DNA from: Octopus sinensis | Lineage: Eukaryota | Length of the DNA stretch: 64,000 nucleotides | Assembly: GCF_006345805.1 (NCBI RefSeq) | Contig: NC_043017.1 | Span: 11,532,001 to 11,596,000, forward strand | Reading direction: 5' to 3' | Shown here: positions 1 through 12,939 of the stretch, one piece after another | Layout: every line of letters begins with the position of its first letter | Position numbering within the stretch: position 1 is the stretch's first letter | Position numbers and translations under genes: made by a program | Notes under the pieces: model-generated | What the model saw: the letters and a program-made list of their open reading frames with translations, nothing else | Databases searched by the model: none | What the model was told of the DNA's origin: nothing

Positions 1-377
1 CAGCGTTGCTCGGGTTTGTTTCTCCCCTTTAGAAATGAAATTTTTGAAAAGTAAAATTTTTGCATTATGTAGCTTGTTATTCTCTTGAAATGAACATTTT
101 TCTGGTTGAAATACACCGGAAAATGCGACACAGCAGTCAAAAAATCGTAAAAAATAGGGATTTTCATAGAAAAAAAAAAGCACCTTTTTGACGTAAATAA
201 TTTTTGGTGTTAACATGGTCCGATTTGAATTTTTTCTTCAACGGAAGGAATAACAAGCCTTCTTCTATCATACTCTCTATTTTGGTCAACTTACGCCGCA
301 GGGTCTCGAAGGAGATAGTGTTAGTTGAAGGCTAACAAACCTGCCATACACAGACAACTTCAGCTTTATATATAAGA
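1..377 (-). mobile_element. Non-autonomous Helitron, 3' end cut by the window edge
   Basis: Minus strand starts TCTTATATATAAAG and ends ...AAACCCGAGCAACGC, the subterminal motif shared with the other Helitrons here. Confidence 0.7.
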
Positions 378-1313
378 GTGAGATTATGATTTCTGATGAA
401 CTTATAAACAATTAGGAACTTATTTTACTAACTATTTTGAACACTTTGACATAAACTGTTTTAAGCACAAAGCCTCTAAATATCAACAGATAACATCTTA
501 AACATTAGAGATGAAATCTCTGGACATTCTCAAGGAAACAAAGGAACGTTTCCTATTCAATCTTACCAGTATGACACCAACAGCTTTGTTCCTTCTGTCA
601 AACCTCCTCCTCCTCTTAATTTATTAAACCCTTTCTTATCCCTCAGTTCCTCTCTCACCTCATCTTTTCCCTTCCCTTCACCTGTTTCTCTTCGTTTCAT
701 TACACTTTTCTTCTTCCTTTTCACAATGTTTCTTCTACCTCTTCTACCTCTTGTTCAGGTATGAAGCTTATATGATCTTGTGTTCCTTATCATTTGCAGC
801 CAGTCTTATTTTTTTCTCCAACATGTAAAGCTCTGTTGTCTAATTAATTTCTCCTCTTTCGACTTTAACCCTGAAGAAAGACTGTGTCCAAAATGTTACA
901 TTTTCCACTCCACAAGTTTACAGTACCCTTTTTATTGATTTCACTACATATTGATAGATATATATTCTGGTGGGACTACTGGAAATTCCATGGAATGGAA
1001 AATATTAAGAGGATTTATTCAATAAAGAAAGGATGATTTGCATTTTTATAGCATTCATAGTTTAGCTTTCTTTAAATATTCTTGACGTTCATCCACATTC
1101 GTCTCCTCACGTCTCTATCACGTGGTGTCTTTTTCCTCTTTTTCTTACATCTTCTTGCTGTTCCTCTCTGATCAGTGCTCTATATCTGCGCATCCTTTCT
1201 TGAGCAGCTTGCAACCATGTTTCCTGTTAATCCAGTCTTTAGGCTAAATTAACCCTTAGAAGCAAATATCAATTTTTTAAACAAGCAGACAAAAAATAAT
1301 TGCATTTATGCGC

Positions 1314-1720
1314 AGGCGCAAGAGTGGCTGTGTGGTAAGTAGCTTGCTTACGAACCACATGGTTCCGGGTTCAGTCCCACTGCGTGGCACCTTGGGTAAG
1401 TGTCTTCTACTATAGCCTTGGGCCGACCAAAGCCTTGTGAGTGGATTTGGTAGACGGAAACTGAAAGAAGCCTGTCGTATATATGTATATATATATGTGT
1501 ATGTGCGTGTTTGTGTGTCTGTGTTCCCCCCCCCCCACAACATCGCTTGACAACCGATGCTGGTGTGTTTACGTTCCCGTAACTTAGCGGTTCGGCAAAA
1601 AGAGACCGATAAAATAAGTACTAGGCTTACAAAGAAGAAGTCCTGGGGTCGATTTGATCGACTAAAAAGGCGGTGCTCCAGCATGGCCACAGTCACATGA
1701 CTGAAACAAGTAAAAGAGTA
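1314..1720 (+). mobile_element. SINE family A (tRNA-like head, internal TA/TG tract)
   Basis: Head aggcgca.gagtggctgtgtggtaag...ggttcagtcccac, tail actgaaacaagtaaaagagta; five near full-length copies in the window. Confidence 0.85.
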
Positions 1721-1802
1721 TGCCTTAAACAATGGTCATTGTGAAAAAAAATCAGTTCGCTAAAAAGAATACTTTTTGCTATCAACACACCACTGCTATC
1801 TG

Positions 1803-1834
<32 letters not shown>

Positions 1835-2131
1835 ATAACTGTTTCCGCTGTCCATCTTTCTCTATCTACCTTTTTAATCACATTTTTTCTTCCCCATCCC
1901 ACCACACATCATTAACACTTCTCTCTCCCTCTTTTTCTCTCATTGTCTTTTTCTCTTGTTCGTCACCTCTACCTTCAGCTGACTGTGTGACCATTTGGCC
2001 AGAGTGCATTAATACTAATCACCTTTCTTTACTCCTTCCTCTCTTCTGTCTTCACTCCTCCCTCTCTACCTCTTACTCCACCTGTCTATCTAGCTAATGT
2101 ATAATGGGTGAATAAACGAGCAGATTATTGT

Positions 2132-2163
<32 letters not shown>

Positions 2164-2164
<1 letters not shown>

Positions 2165-2790
2165 AAATAAGAAAATGGAGAGACACATCTTAATCAATGA
2201 TCAACTACCAGATAATACCCAATCACATAATTTATTAAACCACTACATATGAACCTTAAGGTCAAACATAATAATATAGAACAAAACAATGTACATGAAA
2301 GGATATTTTTGTAAGTGTCTCATTTATAACTACATATTGACCTATCACACATGGCTAATATGAGCATAATGAGACACCCATATCTGCATGGCCGAAACAG
2401 CTGTAAGACGTAGTTTATATTTATATTTGTATTTATTTATATTCACTTATACATACTGTACTTATTGTATCATATTACTCTTTCATGTACATTGTTTTGT
2501 TCTATATTATTATGTTTGACCTTAATGTTCATATGTAGTGGTTTAATAAATTATGTGATTGGGTATTATCTGGAAGTTGATCATTGATTAAGATGTGTTT
2601 CTCCATTTTCTTATTTTGTATTATTAATCTGTGGTAAAACATTTTACCTTTGCCCATATAATACAGTAAATGAATTAATTGCATCGCAATTCTTAACATT
2701 TATGTATTAACTTTGTTGGGTGCTTTACTAGCAGTATATTGGATATATATTATCCCCTGGAGGGTTGCACTTACAACCCCTATCTCAATT

Positions 2791-2800
<10 letters not shown>
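2164..2800. mobile_element. Penelope-type non-autonomous element with an inverted partial duplication
   Basis: Inverted arms 2164-2301 and 2480-2617; 3' half of a hammerhead (gccGAAACAGCTGTAagac) between them; (TA)n on both flanks. Confidence 0.6.
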
Positions 2801-2833
<33 letters not shown>

Positions 2834-3356
2834 GTATGTAAGTGGATTGGTAGAGAGAAATTGAAAGGACTGGTGTATGTGTGTATAAATACACACACAC
2901 ACACACTTGATGGTCTTCTTACAATTTCTGTCTACAAAATGCACACATGCATACACACACACACATACACATTGTGACCTGATGTGTATATATTTACAAA
3001 TGTTTTACACAGTATTTACACATTCTTATCATCCATTCTGTATATAATTTCAAACGAACAGTTTACACTATGTTGAGAAAAATTATTGACAAGAATTGGC
3101 TTCCATCTGTCTAAATAGCGCAAAAGGGAAGGTGCGAAGATAATATTGCCTATGAATAAGGAGGCTGAATGTCAAGGGTTAGTATCAATATTAATGTTAG
3201 AAGTTGGTGTCACAAGTAGTTAGGGTTAATAGCAGTTGTGGAGTTGAGTTAAGGCAGAAATGTGTTATTCATATAGAGGTAAATTACCCCATCACCCCCC
3301 CCCCCACTTTTGCTAATAGACAAAAGTATATATACATATATGTATATATATATATA

Positions 3357-3966
3357 GGGTGTGGTGAATAAATTGTCGTCTAAATTACACAAAAATGAAA
3401 ATAACACTGACTTCTCATTTTAACATATATATTTACCAAAATTACATAAAAAATATCTTGAAATACTAAAGAGTAAATTTATCCAGTAAAATCGCCATTC
3501 GCCTCAATCAGACGACTTTGGAATCTCCTGCAATACTTGTGGACGGTCTCCTTGTTTAAGTTGGTGAATGCTGCCATGATCCTTGCCTTTGGATCATCTT
3601 TGGTGTTACAAGGAGTTTTGTTGGTCTCTCACTCAACTGCGCCTCACACAATCAAGGGAGTTGCAGTCTGGAGTGTTAGGTGGCCAGATGTTAGGGGTGA
3701 TGGGGTCACAGAAATTATCTGACAGCCATTATTGGATTCTCCTGCTTTTGTGGCATGGTGCAGAGTCCTGTTGCCAGACATAGGGGTCTTCCAGCATCCA
3801 CCCTCTTGACTCATGGAAGCATTACCTCCTCCAGGCTTTTGATGTAGGCCTTCTTGTTGAGTCTGAGACCATGTGGGAAGATGAATGGAGGCATAACGTT
3901 GCAATCACTGGTGATCACTCTAAACACCATGATGTTGACTGGATGTTTGATTTTTATCACTAAGCT
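3357..3966 (-). mobile_element. Tc1/mariner DD37D (maT) transposase remnant with one terminus
   Basis: YVWQQDSAPCH...WPPNTPDCNSLD with 37 residues between the last two Asp; internal stops; ends at TA|gggtgtggtgaataaattg. Confidence 0.8.
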
Positions 3967-5547
3967 GGTGTTTGTTGGCTGAGGAGTAAGAGGGAGAGGA
4001 GTACACTTGCCTTGGTACTCCTGGTGAGTTGGTAGCTCGAGATCTGTGGGGATCCTTGGTTTCCCCTGGGTGGGGTTTCCCCTACAAATGGAGAACCTGT
4101 TTGTTAAAATTGTTTTGTTGATTAATGTTGTCTTTGTAAATGCCCACTGTCCTTTGCTTATCATCTGAAATGTTTTCCACAGCCCTTGTGGCCAATAAAG
4201 TATTATTATCATTGTTATTATTATTATTATTACTACTCTTATTATTTAGGCAGTGACATGGCAGAATCATTAGCCCACCGGGCTTAGCAGCATTTTGTCT
4301 GTCTTAACATTCTGAGTTCTGTTGATTTTTGTCTGTTATCCTTTTTGGGGTTGATAAAATAAATACCAGTTGAGCACTGGGGTCGATAGAAACCCCTCCT
4401 GCAAAATTGCTAGTCTTGTACCAAGATTTGAAACCATTATTACTGAGGTGGCAAGCTGGCAGAATTGTTAGCACAATGGGGCAAAATGCTTAGCAGTATT
4501 TCATCTGTCTTTACGTTTTAGAGTTCAAATTCCACCAAAATTAAGAACACTGGAATCGGTGAATCAACTTAGCTCCTCCCCTGAACTTACTGGTCTTGTG
4601 CCAAAATTTGAAACTGTTGTTGCTGCTGCTGATGATGATGATGATGATTTAGAAGAATTTAGTCAATTTATTCTGTAATTCTTTAATACATATTTTGGTA
4701 AAAGTGTAAAAAATGGCATCAAAGATTTTGGCCCCCTTTTCATTTGGAAAGAAAACTGAACTATTCATTATATGTCTGGGAATACATTGCAATATGTCCT
4801 TCCTGCTTTCAAGGGAGCAAGTGTAACTAAAAAGAAGATTTGACTACAGTTTCTAGCAGATTAAATTTCCATTAACCACACACATAGGATCCTGTGTCCA
4901 CTGGTAAATATATCAAGTGTATGTTCTATTGACTTTGGGGAATTATTCATATCAGATCTCCATTTTTTTATCATTATTGAGTAATTCTAGAAGTCATCAT
5001 CTTTCTAAACCAGCAACCAATTTTTTTCTTATGGAATTGCTACAACAGATATGTCAGACAATAACTAAAAGAGCTTGCCTACATTTATTTTGATGGTTTT
5101 TTTTTCCTCTCAGGCCCACTTTTTACTTTTACTCTTTAATTCATGGTTCTGTTTTCTTTTAAACTTAAATTTGTGGTCGCTTCTAATTTCACGTCACTTA
5201 CTACTGTCACCTCTCTCCCTTCTTGAACCATCCCGCCTCATATTCTTATGACACTCCCTCCACCCCCTCTGTTCACTCACCCAGTCCAATCCTCTCTATC
5301 ATTTCACCTATATTCACTCCTCCCCACCACTACACCTTGAGGACACATCTCTGCCACCACCTCTCTCTCTCTTTCTCTCCTTTCTTTTCTGTCTTGGGCA
5401 TCCTTGTCTCTCTTCTACAGCCAGACACTGATCTCTCTCCCTCTGTTGCTCTTTTTAACCTCTCATCATCCAGCAGAAAGCTGGATCTCCTCTCCCAGTC
5501 AAGGAGCCTTTGTCTTGCCAGTGACTTGGTGACCCCACTGGTGATGG

Positions 5548-5730
5548 TGCCACACAAAAAGCACTCGGTGCACTCCATGAAGTGGTTAGCATTCAAAAAC
5601 GGGGTCATCCAGCCACAAAACCATGCCAAAGCAGACGGTGGAGCTTGGCACAGTCCTCTGGGTTGCCAGCCCCTGTCAAACTATCCGACCCATGCCAGCA
5701 TGGAAAAACAGACTTTAATTGATGATGATG
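5548..5730 (+). mobile_element. Degenerate RTE 3' tail copy
   Basis: ccatgccagcatggaaaaacagac...(gat)n. Confidence 0.65.
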
Positions 5731-6057
5731 AGGGACACTGGCATCGCCCACATTCGGATGATGCATTTTATGTGCCACCAGAATGGGAGCCAGTCGGGGC
5801 ACTTGCCACAGCTATGATTTCGGTTTTACTTGACTCAACAGGTCTTCTCAAGCATATACTTATGCAAACGCGTTTCCCTTTAATAAAGTACCCCCCTATT
5901 TTGTTTACTTCAGCTTAACATCATAGTTTCTTTTCCCTTTTACACAGAAGTTCATCGAGCCATTACGTGGTGGCCTGAGCTCCTAGAAATAGTAGTCAAA
6001 TCTCACTTAGATTACACACAACTGTTATGAATAAGAAAACTAATGTCCTAGATACAT

Positions 6058-6289
6058 ATTTCTTTACTACCCACAAGGGGCTAAACACAGAGGGGACAAA
6101 CAAGGACAGACAAACGGATTAAGTCGATTACATCGACCCCAGTGCATAACTGGTACTTAATTTATCGACCCCGAAAGGATGAAAGGCAAAGTCAACCTCG
6201 GTGGAATTTGAACTCAGAACGTAACGGCAGACAAAATACCGCTGAGTATTTCGCCCGATGCACTAATGATTCTGCCAGCTCGCTGCCTT
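6058..6289 (-). mobile_element. SINE family B (~230 bp)
   Basis: Flanked by 16-bp TSD taatgtcctagataca (6041-6056, 6290-6305). Confidence 0.85.
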
Positions 6290-6550
6290 TAATGTCCTAG
6301 ATACAGCTAAACAACAACAACAATAAATGGAAAGAGAAGCCATGATGCTGTAGAGATGAAGTGTCTTTGATCTTTGATTTTCTTTATTGGAGCTTGTTGA
6401 TGAAGGTTTCAAAACACAGCAGCAACAGTGACAACATCAACCACAACAACTACAATAACCACTATCACCACCACCACCACCACCACCACCACCACCACCA
6501 TAACAACAACAACAGCAACTACATCAATAATTAAGTTTGTTAGAGAACCC

Positions 6551-6962
6551 GGATCTTTTCGGTTTGAATGGCAGTTTTTTCTAGTGGTGTCATATGAAAT
6601 TGTCACCCATGGTTATGACCCTAGAATCAATCTATTGCATTTCAATCTCTTTTAGGGTTAGGGGTGGGGGAAGGGTATCTTTTTTTTCTTCACAAGTGTA
6701 AATAAACCCAATCTGTTTCTTAAACGAGGGACTTATTCATACGGCACAGAATGCTTTTTAACTCAATAGACGTCACTGATTGGTTGAAATTGCAGAAATT
6801 GAAGAAAAAAAAACAACAAATATCTTATAAACTATAGAATTTTCTCAATAAAGCCAAGAGAAAAAGATGTTTTATAAACACATTCTACCAGTATAGGAAG
6901 TTTAAAATTTTTTAGTTACCTAGAAATTATGTTAAAAACTGCCGTTCAAACTGAAAAGATCT
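6551..6962. mobile_element. MITE with ~29-bp TIRs and an 8-bp TSD (Merlin-, hAT- or P-type)
   Basis: TIRs ggatcttttcggtttgaatggcagttttt / aaaaactgccgttcaaactgaaaagatct; TSD gagaaccc at 6543-6550 and 6963-6970. Confidence 0.8.
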
Positions 6963-7329
6963 GAGAACCCTCCTCTCTATTTCCTTTGAAAATATTCACT
7001 TCATAATGTCTCAATTTACTCAAGTTTCTATTGTTTGTCTGTTGGTTGGTTTATTTATTTCATTATTAATAACGAAGAGAAAGAGAAGGGGAGAGATAGA
7101 GAGAGAGAGAAAGGAAGGTAGAAACCGAAAAAAGTGAGGGGCATAAACATGTAATGGCAGAGAGAAAGGGTGACATGGAAAAGAAGAGAGAGAGTGAGGC
7201 ATAAACATATAGCAGAGAGAGAGATGAAGTCTTATTTAGACTCATTCATTCATATCTGTAGCAGTCATCTCTTTATGGTGGTGAAAGCAATGTGCACCTA
7301 ATGAGACAGCCGTACCCCTGCAGCAACCC

Positions 7330-7620
7330 AACACCTCCCTCTCTGCCTGTCACAGTTCACCCCCTTGATGGGGTGGGTGGTGGTGGTGGACCATTCCTCT
7401 CTCCCTCCCGGTGGGGGTGGGGGGTGGATCCTCCCTCACTCCCTCCCGGTGGGGTGGGGTGAGGGCCCAACGTCTCTACTACGTATCATTCAGTTTGTGT
7501 TCACCACGTGAGTGCAGTGCGAGTGCGACAACCAGCAACCCAGCTTTGTCACCCACTCGCTGCGGTCACACCCGCTTTCTCTCTTCTCATTCGTTGCGGT
7601 GATTCTCCTTTCCTTCAGAC
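7330..7620 (+). promoter_or_regulatory. Candidate promoter-like GC/CpG-rich island
   Basis: GGGGTGGGG boxes, Inr-like TCAGTT at 7490-7495, E-box CACGTG at 7505-7510, locally elevated CpG; no linked gene identified. Confidence 0.3.
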
Positions 7621-7855
7621 ATTGGTCCCTTCCAAAAGAGCCTCCCAAACACCCATCCATCTCTCCCACCACCACCACCATCAGACACCAGACTGCTAAC
7701 ATGTGGGTTTGTGAGGCCCAACCTCTTTGACTGATACAACTCCTAACTAACAATGTCATTCATTTTGACTGTATACTCGTCACCACCGCCACTGCTGCTG
7801 CTGCTTCTACTACTACTACTACTACTGCTACTACTGCCATTGTTGCATATGTACA

Positions 7856-8368
7856 TCTATATATATAAAACTGTAGTTGTGTGAGTGTCTGTCCCCTTCG
7901 ATTTAGATTCCTAACTACTCCCACATTTTGCGGTGCAGTTTAACCAAATTCGGGTATTTTATAGTCGTGATTCATATCGAGCCCGTCTGGCTATTAGCGC
8001 GCGTCTACGATGAGTCTACGATTTAAAAAATAATTTAACATCATTTTTTATTCCATTTTAATGCATAATTTTTCGTGTGTCGATGGCGGCGGAGTTGGCG
8101 TCCATGGTCACAGCTGCACCTGTTTGCTTCTCCCCCTTCTTCCCTCCCTCGTGAAGCTGTGGGGAAGGGAGTGTAAGGAAATCAACGTCGTAAAGCGTTG
8201 TCAAGGAGACCAGCGTTCTTTTAGAACAACGACTTCATGGCTTGAAGACACCAAAACAGAAATGGCTAAGAAAGCCCGAATTGGCATCTATAAGGGAAGT
8301 AACTCTCTAAAAATGCTTATATAGTTATTTCCCTTACAAACCCGAGCAACGCCGGGCGATACTGCTAG
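7856..8368 (+). mobile_element. Non-autonomous Helitron (513 bp)
   Basis: A|TC start, CTAG|T end, subterminal GC-rich hairpin gcaacgccgggcgatactgc, no TSD; near-identical copy at 32265-32777. Confidence 0.88.
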
Positions 8369-8835
8369 TATATTAATATATCTCTGAACGTGTGTGTGTG
8401 TCTGTGTGTGTTTCTTTTATCTGTCACTTGTTTCAGTCGTTTCTTTACTCAAATCTACTCCCAAGGCTTCGGTTGGTCTGAAACTTTCATAGAGGACACT
8501 GGCCCCAGGGGGGTGGGGGTGCACAATGGGATGGATTGAAACCCAAACTACGCAGCTGAGAAGAAAACTCCTTAACCCCACAACCATGGCTTAAATACCA
8601 AGTTCAAATCCTACCAAGGTCAACTTCGTCTTTGCCACATTCTGGGGTCAATAAAACAAAGTCCCAGCCGAGTTCTGAGGATGAGATGATATCTCTGTCA
8701 TGATTCCTAGATGTGGATAGAATGGTAATCGAAAAAGACTAAGAAAACTATTCCTTGTCTCCTGCTGAAATCTTGAATATTCTTATATCTAAGACAGTTG
8801 TCAGTGTTATTAACCATCGTCATCATCATCAGCAT

Positions 8836-9180
8836 TTTCATGAAAATTTGCCAGCTTCGCCTGGCCCCCGTGCCGGTAGCACGTAAAAGCACCATCCGCT
8901 CGTGTCCGTTGCCAGCCTCGCCTGGCCCCCGTGCCGGTGGCATGTAAAAACACCATCCGTTCATGGCCGTTTGCCAGCTCTGTCTGGCACCTGTGCAGGT
9001 GGCACGTAAAAAGCACCCACTACACTCACGGAGTGGTTGGCGTTAGGAAGGGCATCCAGCCGTAGAAATACTGCCAAATCTGACTGGGCCTGATGAAGCC
9101 TTCCGGCTTCACAGACCCCAGTTAAATTGTCCAACCCATGCTAGCATGGAAAACGGACGCTAAATGATGATGTTGATGAT
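8836..9180 (+). mobile_element. RTE 3' tail copy (3 internal repeat units)
   Basis: Same unit types as the 31.2-kb array; ends catgctagcatggaaaacggacgctaaa(tga)n. Confidence 0.8.
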
Positions 9181-10036
9181 GATTGAAAAAAGATTTCATT
9201 GTTGTTTTTAAATCATTTGATTTTCTGTTTGAAAATAAAGGAATTGAGGATTGTAATGGTGATTACCGATTTCCAAAAATGTCCGTTTGGACCTCAAAGG
9301 CTTCTCTTATCATTTAAAAGTATGTTGTGCCAAAACAATTGGGGAGGCATATTTGGAAAATTTGTTAATTTTTGAAATTTGGTTTTTTTATCCCAAAAGA
9401 TGTCTTCCATTATTTTTAAGCATGTAGTGCAAGAAATTATTGGACAAAATTGGTTCAGAAGGAGGGGTAGGGAAGGAAGAGGGATTCATAAATTTTCCAA
9501 AATTATTTTTCATAAAAAGCTTCCTCCCTTCATTTGGAAGAGTGTGGTGGAAAAATAATTTGAAAATTCCTTGTCAAAACGGAGAAAATCAAAGTTATTA
9601 GGGTGTGCCATTCTGAAAAATCACCCAGCAGAGATGAGATACTCAGCTAGTGGGGGTATATATATAAATTTTTGTTGTATTTGTATTTGTAATTCTATAT
9701 ACTCTTTATATGCTGTATATTCTGTGTGTTTTGTAGAATGATACATTGAGTTTTTTTTTATGAATACTACCGGGTTAGTTGAATCCATTCATTGGGACTT
9801 ATATATTTATTCATATTGTTTTGAATTAATCAGGTATTACTTCATATCTTTGAGATTTCAATGATGTGACTATTTTTAGAATGACATTGCAGGGTAGGTA
9901 GGAGAGGCCAGATGCGGATGGTTTGAACATAAAACAAATGGACTATTTTGGTCAGATATGGCCACTTCAAGTCCTAAAGTGTCAATGAAACAAACTCCAT
10001 GCTTAAAACACAAATGAAATTGGTAAATGTATATAT

Positions 10037-10268
10037 ATTTCTTTACTACCCACAAGGGGCTAAATATAGAGGGGACAATCAAGGACAGACAAAGGGATTA
10101 AGTCGATTACATCGACCCTAGTGTGAAACTGGTACTTTATTTATCAACTCTGAAAGGATGAAAGGCAAAGTCGACCTTGGTGGAATTTGAACTCAGAATG
10201 TAACGACAGACAAAATACCATTAAGCATTTCGCCCGGCGCGCTAACATTTCTGCCAGCTTGTCACCTT
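10037..10268 (-). mobile_element. SINE family B
   Basis: Collinear with 6058-6289; ~18-bp TSD aattggtaaatgtatata. Confidence 0.85.
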
Positions 10269-12086
10269 CAAATTGGTAAATGTATATAATCATCATCATC
10301 ATTTAACACCTGTCTTTGACAGGAATTGGTAAACCAGAGGACTGCACCAAGCTTCACTGTATTTACAGAGTTGTGGTTGTTAGGAATATTTATGATTAAT
10401 ATGTATATAATTAATATTTATAATTAATATAAATGCCACTAATGCATGGGTGCGATCTACATGTTTGACTTTGATTTTTAACGACCTTGGCAACATCCAT
10501 AATGGTTTTTTATTGCATTACTCTGGTACTTTACCATTGTCTGTCTCCAAACTTCTATGTTTTTCTCCTCCAAGAATATGGGAATTCTTCATGTGTTTCT
10601 TAGACTTTTGTTGCAGTTTCTGCCTCTTCAGTTTCTCTCAAATTGCATTTGTGGATCTGTGGCTGTGATGATGGTGATAGTGTTTGAGGAGGTGGTGGTG
10701 GTGGTGCCACTTGGAGATGGAATTGTAGTATTATTGATAATAGTATGTGGTTAGTGATGCTGGTGTCTGGAATAATAGCAGTAGCCAAGTGGAGATGGTG
10801 GTGATAGTTGTTGTAGGATACAGGTGGTTGTGGTGGTGGTGGTGGTGGTTATGTATTTCAGTTTCTGCATTTTATTCTTTCTTCTCCTACCGCCACCATA
10901 TTCACCTCCCACTCCTGTAATTATGTAATTAGGCTAGAATTGTTAAGTAAAGGAAATCTAGTTAAGGCAAGAGGTCAAGACGTTTTTCAGGATGGAGGGT
11001 CACTTCTGGTGACGTCACAGCGTTGGCATCATGTCAGAGTTAATTAATTTTGAGAGACATGTGTGTTTGCGTGTGTGTGTTTGTGAGTGTATGCATCTGT
11101 GAGTTTGTGTGTGTTTGTGTAAGTGGGTGTTGTGAATGAGTGGTTGTGTTTGTCTGGAGTGGACATGTGTGTGTGTATGTGGAAGTATGTTTATGAATGT
11201 ACATGTGTGTAAATGATTTTTTATGTGTGTGTTTCTGTGAAAATGTGTTTGCGTATCTGAGAGTGTGTGCGTGGGTGTGTTTCTTTGAAAATGTGTGTGC
11301 TTATGAGTGTGTGTGTGTGTGTTTGTATGTGTGTTTCACTGCATGTTGAAATTTGTGTTTTCTGTTTATGTAAAAGAGTGATTTTGTGTGTGTATGTGTA
11401 TATGGTTGTCTGTACATGTGTTTATGTAATTGTGTATGTGTGTATATGTTTGTGTGTTTGTGATTACAAAAAAAGGATAAAAAGAACAAACAATATCAAG
11501 AAGACAAATTATAAGATACAGACACCCCACCCACCCCAACTGGTATTATTTTTGTTTTAATGGGTCCAGTGGTATCCATTGAGGTATATTTTCTATGGCC
11601 GGATGCCCTTCCTGTCACCAACCCTCAGCTGCTACCAAGCAAAGTAATGTTTAACTATGGCCAGGCATGTTCTTCCAGTTGCCATCTACAAAACCCACTC
11701 ACAAGGTTTAGGGGATCAGACCCTTGATCAAGGTGCCATGCGGCAGCACTGAATTAGAATTCACACAGTTGAGAAGCAAGTTTCTTAACCACGTAACCAT
11801 GTCTGCAACATTTTTGTTGTTCTAATATTTGGTTGGAAGCTGTGAAACCCAAAGTCCTTAAACCTGAGCATTAGTGCCCATCTTGGAAGGGCAGCAGTAT
11901 GAATTCGCTAAGGGTTCAGCAAATATAGAGATGAGTGCTACAGGGAAGGGGTGCTGGATGTTAAGAGGTAGTGGTGGGGGTGTCATGAGTTTCCATAGAA
12001 ATGAAATATAATAAAGTAAGCCGGGTCATAGTGCTAGTATATTTTAAATTGATATAATTTTCATGAAGCATTATCTGATATATATA

Positions 12087-12400
12087 TCATCATCATCATC
12101 GTTTAACGTCCGTTCTCCATGCTAGCATGGGTTGGATGGTTCGACCAGGGATCTGGGAAGCCAGAAGGTTGTACCAGGCTCCGGTCTTATCTGGCAATGT
12201 TTCTACAGCTGGATGCCCTTCCTAACGCCAACCACTCCTTGAGTGTAGTGGGTGCTTTTTACGTGCCACCTGCACTGGTGCCAGGCGAGACTGGCATCGG
12301 CCACGGTCGGATTGGTGCATTTTACGTGCCACAGGCACGGAAGCCAGTCGAGGCGGCACTGGCTTCGGCCATGATTCGGATGGTGCTTTTTACGTGCCAC
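12087..12400 (-). mobile_element. RTE 3' tail copy
   Basis: (cat)n-gtttaacgtccg...ccatgctagcatgggttgg...gtgctttttacgtgccacc. Confidence 0.8.
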
Positions 12401-12939
12401 CGGTGTTTTTTTCAAGCCGAAACAATGTAGGTTATAAAAATACATCTCCATAGTTAGTTCTATTGCCTGGGATTTTAGTATTTCAGTGTTAGGAAATTTG
12501 CAGGGAAAAGGTGTTGATGGCTTCTTTCACTCTCATTAGAGAACAGAGAAAGCTGCTATCAACTCCTTTTCTCTGTAAATTTCCTGAAGAATGTGTCTTA
12601 ACCCTGAAACACTGAAATATTAAATAACAGTTTTAACCATCGACCTGTGTTATCAGTTTTTGATAACTTGTATCGTTTTGGCTTACAAAAATATATTTCA
12701 AACATTTATGAATATTTTAAAGACATTTTTGAAAGAAAAAAAAAAATAAATAAAACTCAAATCTTTGTCAAAAGTAAAATATGAGTCAGACATTGTTTTA
12801 GCAGAGAGTAGAAAATCTGTCTGATGCTTTGCCAAGGTTTTATATAATGTAATTATACCAGTCCTCACTTTTTGATGCATTAATCTATGACAATATCTTA
12901 AGAAAGCACGTGCTGGATGGCACTTTGTAGGAAAATCAT

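Noticed and set aside
5223-5918. 231-aa ORF
   Set aside because: A patchwork of pyrimidine-rich low-complexity sequence and RTE tail fragments.
8061-8324. 87-aa ORF also present at 32470-32733
   Set aside because: Lies inside two near-identical Helitron copies; the conservation reflects recent copying, and no protein family is recognisable.
9085-9115. CTGATGA followed by a hairpin in the RTE tail
   Set aside because: No GAAA after the stem, and other copies read ctggtgca at this position, so it is not a hammerhead.
12580-12612. CTGAAGA...GAAAC on the plus strand
   Set aside because: No helix II pairing and no NUH site.
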